Made by a program: the position numbers and the translations under genes
The notes under the pieces: generated by a model
The model's input: the letters and a program-made list of their open reading frames with translations, nothing else
What the model was told of the DNA's origin: nothing
Database searches by the model: none
Source of the DNA: Camelus dromedarius
Taxonomy: Eukaryota
Assembly (NCBI RefSeq): GCF_036321535.1
Contig: NC_087436.1
Coordinates: 80,230,001 to 80,294,000, forward strand
Reading direction: 5' to 3'
DNA length: 64,000 nt
Shown: positions 52,742 through 64,000 of the stretch, in pieces
Layout of the letters: the number at the start of each line of letters is the position of its first letter
Position numbering within the stretch: the first letter of the stretch is position 1

Positions 52742-53180
52742 GTGATGTTAATTTTATGTGTCAACTTGGCTAGTCCACAGTACCCAGATATTTGGTCAAA
52801 TATTATTCTAGATGTTTCTGTGAAGGTATTTTCCAAATGAGATTAACATTTAAATCTGTACACTTTGATTGAAGTAGATCATGCTCCCTAATGTGGGTGG
52901 GCCTCATCCAATCAGTGGAAGGTCTTAATTTTAAAAAAGATTGACCTTTGCCAAAGAGGGAATTCTGCCAGCAAACTGCTTTTGGACTTGAATTGCTGCA
53001 TCAGGTCTCCCCCAGGTCTCCAGTCTGCCAGCCAACCCTGCAGATTTTGAACTTGCTAGCCCCCACAACTACATGAACCAGTTCCTTTCAGTAAATCTCT
53101 CTCTCTTTTCCTCTCTCTATATCTACATATCCAAATCTATCTGACCGGCTCTCTTTCTCAGGAGAACCCTGACTCATACA
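52742..53180 (+). mobile_element. ERVL LTR (MLT2 family)
   Basis: ttaattttatgtgtcaacttggct...atgtgggtgggcctcatccaatc...ggagaaccctgactcataca. Confidence 0.9.
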
Positions 53181-53483
53181 AATGGTAAAGGGTTTGCAAG
53201 TAACATTTGGAAGTAAGAATATGGGAGGAAGTAAAGAAGGAGCCTAAGAGGGAAGCAATGACTCACTAAGTAGCTAATGGATCTGTAATGAGTTGGGCAA
53301 CCAAACACAGACTGGCTGAGGCACCTCCTGGCTGGGACACAAGGCTTTACACTCAGACCAAACCACTCATCTACCCTGCAGCCAGCACACAGTAGTGAGA
53401 GCTCAGGGTGACTCAGCCGTGTTTACAGCAAAGGTTTGAACTCTTCCAAATTGTTCCTGCTTTGTTTCTTGAATGTACTTAAT

Positions 53484-53960
53484 TGTAGGGGAGGAAAAGT
53501 AATTTTCCCTCTAGGTTCTTGGCTGAGACCTTTCTCTGCTAAAAAGATTAACCGAAGAAAAACTAATTAATACACGTGGGAGTTCCAACAAAGTTATGAG
53601 ATTCAAAGAAGTGACTACAGTAGAAAGCTTTTATGCCTTTTAGACAAAGAAACAATAAATTTGTGAAGAATTAATAAGACAAAGGGATGTGAGCTAGTGG
53701 TAGTAGAATGGTGAAGAAGTAACGAGGTTTGTTATATAAACCTGTAAGAGTCTTCTTGGCCCTGAATTCCCTATCTTTGGTGATAAGGATATCTTCCACC
53801 CTCCTGGTACCTTTCAGGTGGGGGATTTATCTCCTGCTTTCAGGAAGATAAAAGAGAGCCCGAGTGTTCTTGCACCGGCTATTTCTCAAGTACCTTTAAT
53901 TCAAAATAATCCATATGCCAAAGTGGCCTGATTTGGAGTGACATATTCTGAATCCCTACA
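53484..53960 (-). mobile_element. ERV1 solo LTR, MER34-like
   Basis: Inverted termini tgtaggg...ccctaca; minus start tcagaatatgtcactccaaa...ccactttggcatatggattattttga. Confidence 0.85.
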
Positions 53961-56367
53961 CAAGTCAGCCTCTGGTTCCAGCCCTGCCTGCCACCTCTTC
54001 TCCCATCATCATCATCATCCCTACCATCTGATGACAGATTTGGTTTCTCCAGCTTTACCCTTGGTGATTTTCCATGGATGTGATGTTACGTGTGTCCTCT
54101 GACTTTATCCACTCTTGACATTTCTCCAAACAGGTGCCAATCTCCAGCCCCATCCCTAGGAGTTTGACCATTCATTGAGAGACTCAGATTTGCTCACTTA
54201 ATCTTAGCAGCAGGGAAATCTTTCTTCAGTGTAGGCTGGTGAAGCCCTCTCAGTCCTGGGCTCTCATTTTTTTCTTAAATAATATGTGTAGAGATTTTAT
54301 AAAGGAAGCAAAGATATTACTTGTAAATAGCTAAACTGACAAGAGAATATTACTAAAATACAACTTACTAGACAGCTAACTAAAGTGTATATATATAAAA
54401 CTTAGAAAGTATAACATGACTATAGTTTATCTCCATTTTATGGATGATAACACTGAGGCTCAGTTTTCTCCAAGAGATTTGTCCAAAATATCACAGCTAG
54501 GTTCTAAATCTATATTGGCTATCAGATTTCTGAACTGGTATTCTTAACCACTACAGAAAACTATTTCCTAAGACTCTATGAAAGAATAGGGTACAAAAAC
54601 GAAAAATAAACAAAAAACTCCAGTTATGCTAGAGAGCTGGGAATTTGGTATCCTTCTGAATTTTTATGAATGACTCATGGAGAATGTGTTTTATTGTTCA
54701 GAATACATAACTATTTACTAGTAACTGGTAAGATCAGAAAAGCAAAAGCGAACTCTTCTCTGCAAGGAACTGTTGCTGCTAAGTGTTTAAATGCACTGAG
54801 TCACTTGATGATTATATGAATCACATGATTTAGTGTAGTTATTTCTCAAAGTAGTTTCTGAGAAACAGCAATCCTGAGAGGTTCCCCTTTTCAACAGAAT
54901 TCTAGGGTTAAATACAGTTGGAAAATATTTCATATTCTATGCACTTCAGCATGCAAGTGACTTTGAGAAGCATTATGATAAAGATAGGTCTGTCACCGTT
55001 GACCCAACATATCCCAAATGTATCTAACCATGGAACACTTTTCTCTTGTAACACTTAATAGTCTTTAGGATTCGTATCCTTGAAGCACATTTTGGACAGT
55101 GTCATTTTATAATAAGGAAGGAAACAAAAGTAACACTGAACATTGTTATTCATGTTACTTAAGCTTCATAAGAACACTGTGAGTGGTAATTACTGGACTT
55201 TGGGCCATTCATTTCTGTTTGAGATTTCAACTGAGGCAATGCCTTCCCCACTTGAGTGCTATACATAGCACTGTAAGCTGATTATGAAAACGTTTGTTTT
55301 AACTGCAGTTCAGGTCGTTGAATTATCAAAAGGTTTGTAGACTTTTAAGGCAATTCAAAGAAATTTTACAGTGTCTTCAAACAAAGCTACAGAACAGCAA
55401 GTGGAAGACTCAGAGCCTTGAGGCTGATGTTGGTGGCTTTTGTGGGTCCCAACAAGTGGATTTTTTCTTTATAGAGAGCCTTTGGCTGTCTCACTCTCAC
55501 ACCCCTACATTAAGCTTTCCTCCCCCTGAAGCTTCTGCTTTCTCTCCTTTCCTTCAAAATCAAACTTCTAAGAATACTCTCCACTCACTCTCCTCTTTTG
55601 TTATCTTCTCTCCTCAACCCACTGCAGTCTGACTTCTGCTTTAAAAAATAATTTAGTGTGACAAGAGTCCCCCATAATCTCCTAAAGTAATATCTATAAA
55701 AGACATTTTAAAGCTTTTTAATGTGAGATATCACAAACATACATAAAATGACCAACAAGTATAATGTACCTATCCCCCAGTTTCAACAATTATCTATTCT
55801 TGGCCAAGTATGTCTCATCAATACTACCATTTCTTCCCCTCTTATAGTATTTTGAAGCAAATCCCAGAAATTATGTCATTTCATCCTTAAACATTTCAGT
55901 ACCTATCTCTAAAATATTTTTTTAAAAAACACTTTTTAAAAAGCATAACCACAACATTAATGGCCACCTTCTTTTTCCTTTCTCACACAGTCTCTATGCA
56001 TCATTTAGTAACACTGACATTTCCTTTCTTCTTGAAACCTCCTCTCTTCCTTGTCAATTCTTTCTCCTGGTTATTTTATTTCTGCTGATGCCCCACCTTC
56101 CTCTCTAGCAACTTTTCCTCTACCAGTATCACTTCTTTTTCTCTGGCCAACTTTTGAATAGTAGCCCTCCCCTCTCCCATTAGTACTGTCCTAGGCTCTC
56201 TTATCTTTTTTTTTTTTTTTAACTCTGTACTAGGACTTCTCAAGTTTAATGTGCACACAAATCACCTGGGGCTCTGTTAAACTGTAGATTCTAATTCATT
56301 AGGTCTTCTGTAGGGACTGAGATTCCGCATTTCAGAAAACTTCCAGATTACAGCTTTGATGCTGATT

Positions 56368-56850
56368 GTACTAGTTATCTATTCCTGCATACAAAGTACT
56401 GCAAAATTTAGCAGCTGAACATAGCAATTGTATTGTTTCACACAATTTCTGAAAGGTCGGAAAACCTGGGAGCTGGATGGTTTGGGCTCAGGGTCTCATG
56501 TGACACTGTTGGCGAAATATTGGCAAGGGCTGTAGTTATCTCAGGTTCAATTAGGGGATCACCTGCTTCAAGTACAGCTCACCCACATGACTGTTGAAAG
56601 GAGTTCTCTGTTCCTGTTCATTGGGTAATTTCAATGTCCTTGGTACGTGGAAGCTGACTCTTCACAGAGCTAGTGATTCAAGAGAATAAAAGAAAAACCA
56701 CAGTGTCCTCTATGACCCAACCTCAGAAGTCACACTGTCATTTACATGACATCCTGCTATTACAAGTCAGCCTTATTTAGAGTGGGAGGGGACCACAAAA
56801 GTTCATGAATACCTGGAGGTTGGGGCCATCTTGGTTGCCAGCTTTCACGC
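56368..56850 (-). mobile_element. MLT1 LTR
   Basis: tgtactagttatctatt...tatgacccaacctcagaagtcaca...ggggccatcttgg; related to the 2013-2524 copy. Confidence 0.7.
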
Positions 56851-57289
56851 TGGTGTATGGACTGTGCTTGGAGGAACAAGACTTCACACAATGTCCTTGG
56901 AGGACTTTGTTATTGTTACTTTCATGGCATCAGACTTTACTTATATATAAATAAACCCTAATTTTTTATCACATTTTTTTTCCTGAGTTCCACACCTATA
57001 TATCTAACTATCAAATGGAGCATATCTCACTATTTGAGTAGTATCTCAAAATCAGTATGCTCCGAAATGAACTCATTTCTGTTGTCAAACATACTCTTCC
57101 AAGTTCTTGATCTTTCAGGATAAGATGTGATATCAGAACCTACGCAGGTGTTCAAGGAAAGAATCTGAGAGTCAATGACCCCTTCTGTCACTTTCATATA
57201 TGTAATCAGTTCCCAAGTCCTGCATCTTTTGCCTTCTAAATACTGTTCTTCCTCACCAACCTCGCTGCTCCTACCTTAGAAACAGACTC

Positions 57290-60200
57290 TCTTGCGTATT
57301 GGCCTTTTGAGTGGTGAGGAGTTGAACTTAGGTTCAGTACCAGCCTCATCCAGTTACAGATTTTCTGGTGATCCAGCCAAGGGTGGTGTCCCCTGCAGTG
57401 CCTGGTCTTCCTTCACTCAGAATTCCCTGAAGTGGAGCAGCTGGCTAAGGCAGCACACCAGGACCTGTCCATTCATTGTCTGGACAAAAGGTTACAACAA
57501 CCCAGGGGTGCTAGCTGCTCACAGTTAGCCAACACCAGAGCAATGATTTTCCAGATGGTCCCAAGCAGCTGCCAAGACTCTGTTTTGCCTCAGGAAGCCT
57601 CACTTTTCTCCCTGCCTGGCACCAGCTGCTACTTTTGCTTCTGAAGTTGGTGAGAAAGAAACATGTGTTTGGGAAAGGAACTACTGAGCTCTACAGTCAG
57701 ATTAGTCCACCAGTGTACATGCTGGGACTCCTGTTTTCCTACCATCTGAGGCTTTTTTTTTTTTTAAATTTTTGTCATTTGGACCCTTTGGGGTCACTTT
57801 GTGCTACCACAAGCTAGGAAAAGGACACATAAGGACCCATACTTTATTACCATACCATATATAAGGATGCATAAGGTCCTTCCTGTGTTTGGGTTAAGGT
57901 ACCTTGCTCAGTTTTTTTGGTTTAGATATTTTTGCAGCTGTCAATTTGGGAAGATCAATGTCTATACCAGCAAAAAGCCCAGTGGGCCAGATATTAACAG
58001 ATTGGACTGACTATAGCTATGATAAAATGGCTATACCAGCTCCATCCCTGAAAACAGCCCCCTTGGGTATATTCTTTGAAACAGGGTTGCTTTTAGCTGT
58101 GAATCCATGAAACATAAAAAGATGATTTTTTTTTTTTAATAACACTGAGTGGTCACAATATACCTTAGACGCCAGAAAAAAATGGCCAGGATGGAGGTTT
58201 TTTTTTTTTTTTTTTAAATTCCAAAACTGGTCTTTTTGCATATGGAATTAGGGAAAACTGGATTGATAAAATGTTTTTATCAATATTCTAACCCTAAGAG
58301 TGCAAAAGTATACCTGGGAAAAACCTTGAAGTTATAACTCTTAACATGTCCTTGAAATTCAAACATGGTCCACTTTGCCTGAGACTACTGCCTTGGCTCA
58401 ATTAGTAGAACCTAAACTGAAGAGAGAGGAAAAGAGGACTTTTTAAACTCAAGTGAGTACATTTAACTTATTCCAACTCTTATTTATAGACTAATGAGTT
58501 TTATACTATATTGTATGATTCATAACTAAGTTTTAGAATGAAGCTGAGATCTCTGTAAAAAAATCTCTATAAAAATTAACTGGCAAATGAGCTCTATTTA
58601 ATTGGGTTAAAGGAAAGTAAGCACTTACGAATCAAATATTTCTAAATACAACAGAAACTAACCCAAATGAATTTCAGACTCACATGCTCTGGGGAATATT
58701 TAATATTAAATTAATATCTGGTATTAAAGTTAGATTAAGTTTGGTTTAATTAATACAGACATGCCTTTAGAGTTATCAATATTAAGTACAATACCTTTAT
58801 TGTACCTAGGTTTACTGAAAGTCAATAAGTTCATATTATATCTGTTGCAAAAATTGTTAATAAGAAAAATTAACTTGGTATAATATTTTCATAAGTAATG
58901 AAATAGAGATAAATGGGATTAAAAGCTTTTTAGGTGAACGTTTTGGGAATAATTATGTTTTAGGAACGTCTTCTTAAAAGTTGTTTTTCCAGATTTTTGG
59001 TAACTTGAAACTTTAGAGTTTTGCTAAATTAAGGTCTAGATCATTTTTGAATAAGATAAAATACTGGAACATTGACTGCTGGACAAGTCTAAGTTTACCT
59101 ACTTTTGTCTTATGAAAGAAAAACTAAAGATATTGGGTTTATTAGACCTATGTCTTGTATTACATTGAAAAAAGAAATTAAGTATGAGAAATGGATGTTT
59201 TTAGAGGTTATGGAATATATTCATTAGTTTGCCAATCAGGAAATACTGGTGTGATAAACAGTTTACAATTGCTTGCTTCCTGGTTTTTGTTAGAGATTGA
59301 CTTTTTTTTAAGGGTTAAACATTGTAATACACGTGTAATTAAAAGCTACTGGAAGTAATAAGGGCAACATTTCAATGCTCAAGGAAAGTAGGATGTATGT
59401 TTTCAGTAAAACAAGGCATAAAGAATGGAAATACATTTGTTGGAAAAATGAAGGGCAATTTTGTCCTAGGACTGGTTGTTTATGGATAGAAAAATAAGGG
59501 ATGAATTAATCTGAATATAGAAAGTGATGGTAGGTTTGTGGAAAAGGAGTCTTGAGAAAAGTCTTGGAGCATGGTCAAGATTGGCTAAGATTAAATTGAA
59601 TTTAATTAAGTAAATAAATTTTGTTATTAAAAGTAAGCTAGTGCAAGAGTTTGGTTTACTCTCTGTCTGCTTGGGAAAACAAAGTTTTCTTGAAATGCTC
59701 CCTTCTTCCCCCACAACTTAATTTTTCTCACAGTCCAAGGAGTAGGTAGAGTCCGTTTCTTCTGAAGACTCTCTCTTCGGCTTTCAGATGATCACTTACC
59801 CATTGTGTCCACATGTGATCTTTCCTCTATGTTTGTACATTTTCTTGTGAATTTCTTGTTGACCTAAAACAAATAGTCTGCCAGATATTGGTCCTTTTGA
59901 TAACAGACTGTGTGATATTTTTTGCCTTTAAGTGATCTGTATTTGCTTTTGAAATCTTTTGCCATATGGTTAAGTGAATAAGTATTTTCACAGTGACCTA
60001 TGATCCTATTTGACTGAATGTTTTAAAACTTTTTTGATATTTTTGACAAACTTCCCAAGTATCAAATTCTAATTAAGTTCTCTTCGTCTCTGGCTAATTT
60101 TGGGTGTACCTCAGAGGGCTGCAAAGTATCTCAGAAAAAAATACCAAATTAATTAAGATTATTTGGTAGGTTAAATTACATGGGAAGCATTGTTAAACAA

Positions 60201-60955
60201 TAGTGATAAACATTCTTAGATTATAGTGTATGGATAAATGTCATTAAAATAAGCATTCTAGGACTCTTATGAAGTTACTAAAATTTGGATATGTTCTGGT
60301 ATAATGTTATCTGTCATGATTCTAGTATTATCTTAAAATACACAGGAACTTGGTTAAGTTTCTTTATGGTTTCATAAAACTGTTAACAAAAAGGACTAAT
60401 TACACAGGACTTAGTGAACTGATAAATATGGTTATACATTTTTGGGTTTTGTCTGAAATATTACTGGCTTTTAATCTGTGTTTTCCAGATATAAGGAATT
60501 CTTTCCCCTTAAGCTAATTATGATTTATAACAATTTGGCAAATTATACCTTTATAAGCAGAATTAAAACATTTACCTTTTCCCTCTACCTGATCCCTCCA
60601 GAAATTACAAACTCTTAGGTTCCTGACAGCCTTATTAGATAAATAGGAAAGACTGCCTCCTGCAAGCACAGGAATCATGACATTTTGGGAATATCTAGAA
60701 AAGAGAAATCCATCCATGCAGATCTGATGAAAAGCTCTTGACGTGGCTTTCCTGGCCTTGGGAGGCCTTTAAAGTTTAATCTGAGATTCCTTATGAAAAG
60801 CTCCAGCACAGCCAATTTTAAAAAGCCCATGTGATCAATTAACCAGACTTGTTTTGCAAACTAATTAGCCTTAATTTGGATATATTTGGTAAAATTGAGG
60901 GTCATTATAGATGAAAAAGATTATGTTTCAATGTTTATTAAATTTTAGATTTATG
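57290..60955 (+). mobile_element. Decayed ERV1 (MER4-group-like) provirus: U5 stub, PBS region, gag remnant, AT-rich non-coding internal
   Basis: LTR-end-like gttaca (57358) then tggtgatccagcc; gag matrix remnant SIPENSPLGYIL*..MKHKKMIFF/NTEWSQYTLDARKKWP at ~58027-58270. Confidence 0.75.
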
Positions 60956-61520
60956 TTTTTTCTTATTCTATTTTGAACATTTCAAAGACTATAAGACAAC
61001 CAGTGAGTTTTTCAGTTTATTTTCAAATTTTCCATTTATACTTATCAAATGTGATGCTCAAATCCAGTATGGCAAATGTTTTCAATGTTCTTGACTTTTT
61101 TCAAACCACTGTTTTTCTGATTGTGCCTATCCTTGCTCACAAAATGAATTTATTTCATAAACTAGCACATGCTCAATGCTCATATCTGATTACTTCAGCC
61201 TAATATTCTGAAAGTAAGAGTAAAAAGATATGGATATATCCAGTGCAAATTCAGTGTACTCTGCATCATTTTTCATACTACCCAAATCACAAAGTAATGC
61301 TGAACTTGAAACTATTTTTCAATATAAGCAACATCTTCTAATCTAGCTTTTCAACAAAGTCTTTTAAAATAAAAGTAATACAGTTCTTTTTTCTTTAATT
61401 TGAAAAATACGTAAAAGTTTTCTTTTTAAATCAGCCATAATTAGAGCCAGGTTATGAACATTAGAAGTTCTATGCACTGAAAAGATTGCTTGCTTGTTAA
61501 CTCCCAGTCTGCTGCTGCTG

Positions 61521-61655
61521 CTTCCTCTTCCTCTTCTTTTTCTTCTTCTTCTTTTTCTTCTTCTTCTTTTTCTTCCTCTTCTTTTTCTTCCTCCTCCTCC
61601 TCCTCCTCCTTCTTCTTCTTCTTCTTCTTCTTCTTCTTCTTCTTCTTCTTCTTCT

Positions 61656-61687
<32 letters not shown>

Positions 61688-61845
61688 CTCTTCTTCCTCT
61701 TCTTCCTCTTCCTCCTCTTCCTCCTCTTCCTCCTCCTCCTCCTCCTCCTCTCCTTCCCCTCCTCCTTCTCCTCCTCCTCCTCCTCCTCCTCCTTCTTCTC
61801 CTCCTTCTTCTCCTTCTTCTTCTCCTTCTTCTCCTTCTTCTTCTT
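61521..61845. repeat. 325-nt pure pyrimidine (CTT)n/(CCT)n tract, preceded by (CTG)4
   Basis: Seen directly; includes ~23 uninterrupted TTC units. Confidence 0.98.
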
Positions 61846-62233
61846 AGACATCAATGATTTAATGGATGGGGGATCTTACATGTCTTGAAGCAAAGTCCTG
61901 GAATGACACCTCACTGTGTGTGGTGGATGGTGGGCAGGACATGGCTGCAGTTTTCACTTCTGAGGGACGGGGAGGTGACCAGTTATAGGAGGAATTGACA
62001 TCAGGTTGGCTCATCAGTTACCATGGAAACTAGCAGAGGGGCATGCCCCTCATTGCCCTTTTGATGAGTTATCGTAGTGGAGATGTTCTGCTCTAAAGGT
62101 TAGAAGGATCACCAGCTGGTGTGGGCGCTAGTATGTAGGGCAGTCATGTGAGTAAAGTATAGGTGAAGCAGGCACTGGTCAAGCAGGGCACGTACAGAGA
62201 GGAAGAGAACAGCCATCTTGGGTGGCCTGAACA
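61846..62233 (-). mobile_element. ERV1 3' LTR (U3-R), truncated at the microsatellite
   Basis: Purine tract aggggtggagtgaa then TGttcaggccacccaagatggc; ATTAAA at 61858-61863. Confidence 0.75.
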
Positions 62234-64000
62234 TTCACTCCACCCCTACATACCCTGTACGTCCTTTACAATCTTGGTCCACCCCTCTTCTATGATATCC
62301 CTGGGGTCAGGTATGTAAAGGAGCACTGCAGGCAGATACCACAAATACCATACAGACACCAGCAGCTAAGGAGTACCAAGAGAAAGATACCTAGTATGCT
62401 GGGAACAGGCATTCACCAGGATGTGGGCATATTTTAGAGCCAAGCACTTACCAGGTCAATGGAGAGGGGGTCAATGTTGGCAGCATCCTGTCCAGTTATA
62501 AGGAAGGTAAAGTCACCCCTGATTTTCACAAACCCAGAGCCACCCGCATGGGAGAGGGAAGCCCTGGCTCTTAAACATTCTAGTGGTCTAGCCAGGAGTC
62601 AGCAATCACAGTACAGGTCTGCCAACCTGTGTTACGTTGAGTGTCATTAGGGGTGGACCCATTAGCCCTTTCCAAACAAAAAACAGTTAATCCCACTAGT
62701 TGAACGTCTGTGTCCAGAAGCCAGCCTGTTGCATTCCACACAGCACAGCCCAGGGAGGCTTGTGGGCAGTCAGCTGTATAGTGATGTTTGCCAATGGGGG
62801 TCCTTCTGATGTATTGGCATGTGGGACAGGAAGATGGTGAGTCTTTTTCCCTCATTGTCAGTCATCCCCACATAGTCACATTAGCCTGGTTAATTTTTCA
62901 TGGAAGTCCAGAGGAGGATGACAGTGGCATCTCACTGTAGACCCAGCTATTAGACGCATTTTGCAGTGAGGCCATTGTTACTTCCCAGTCCTTAAATAAA
63001 CTTCCTTCACTCAAGCTAGGGATGAAATGTAAGCCATGTAACAGGCACAACACAGGGGAGATCATGACCATGAAGCGAAACACAAGAAGCATTCTGAGAT
63101 AACACTATTCCTGCCTGTGGTTTTTGTCCTGGTCTACAAGACAGCTCAGATAATTCAAGTTTTAGTAATACAGGAACATGTCCAAATCACATCCACTATG
63201 GCCACCCAGCTTTTTCTGGGATGTCTGAACCATAATTACTCCATTTTGACTTTCAAATGCCTTCCCCTCCACAATAGCCAAACAGGTATACAATGCATGT
63301 TTGATAGGCCACATAACAGGCCACTCTGGTCAGTAAAGTTTAAGTTAAACCATGTATAAGCCAGAATGATTTTCTCATACCTCCACGTGAAGATTTTCCC
63401 ATCATTTTCCCTTTTGATGGCAATTCTTTCAATAAACCAATGTAAGGGTCCTTCCTGCTCTGGGTATCTCCTTTATATGTGCCTAGTTACCAGTGTTGGG
63501 GGAAAATTGATCAGATACTGTGCACAAGCTCAGAGGTCCATTGATGAGGAGACATTTGGGAAGCTATGCATTTTATCAGTTATACCAAGTTGTTACACAG
63601 GCATTGTACATGTGCTTTTAGCAGCAGAGGTAAAGCAGGCACTGTCACACATCATGAGGAGTTATACTCTGTGACAACTCCGTTAGATAATTTCCTTTCT
63701 ATCCTGAACATCAGGGCAAAAGTGTGGCTAAAATAATAAGTTTCAAAAATACAGACCTCAACTAGCAGAACTAGAATTTAATATCCACTGAAGCATAATA
63801 TTTTTCTCTCTAAAATTACCCTCCTCTCCCCCAAACACAGCCAAATCAAGACTAATTTGTTTGCAAAATAAGTCTGGTCAATTGACCACACAGGCTTCTC
63901 CAAACCGGCTGCGGTGGAACTCTTCAGAAGGAGTCTCAGACTGAATTCCCAAAAGGCCCCTCATGACCAGGAAAACCATGCCAAAGGCCTGCCATCAGGT
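62234..64000 (-). mobile_element. ERV1 internal remnant with degenerate env N-terminus; runs off the window
   Basis: 63092..62898 reads MLLVFRFMVMISPVLCLL...NASNSWVYSEMPLSSSSGLP*, a signal peptide plus decayed CWxC..LPW SU motif; 63770-64000 is homologous to 60722-60950. Confidence 0.7.

Noticed and set aside
61441..61888. Poly-K/E, poly-F/S and poly-S ORFs
   Set aside because: Translations of the trinucleotide tract; the same applies to the ORFs at 4379-4789 and 5955-6230.

Overview
Mammalian genomic DNA, most likely camelid given three copies of a short tRNA-derived SINE of the vic-1 type and no Alu, B1 or Bov-tA that I could see. The only intact protein-coding gene is NKX6-1 on the minus strand: join(complement 12888..13557, 11003..11175, 8559..8816), 1101 nt, 366 aa plus stop, with canonical GT-AG introns. 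It sits in a large CpG-island domain (~8.0-18.7 kb) with a long GC-rich 5' leader and a TATA-less CCAAT/GC-box promoter. The rest is intergenic: ancient MIR, L2, L1, MLT and Charlie repeats, several solo LTRs, three decayed ERV1-class proviral remnants (~46.3-48.3, 57.3-61.0, 61.8-64.0 kb), microsatellites and a few repeat-free motif-dense candidate enhancers. Nearly all other ORFs in the track are shadows of GC-rich or simple-repeat sequence. I found no evidence for a wholly new gene system. The best leads are the NKX6-1 leader (four uORFs plus a 113-codon stop-free in-frame extension) and a chimeric ERV at 61.5-64 kb whose LTR stops 12 nt after its polyA signal at a 325-nt purine tract and carries a perfect RFX X-box. 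Repeat family names come from recognition by eye, not a database search, and repeat boundaries are approximate.
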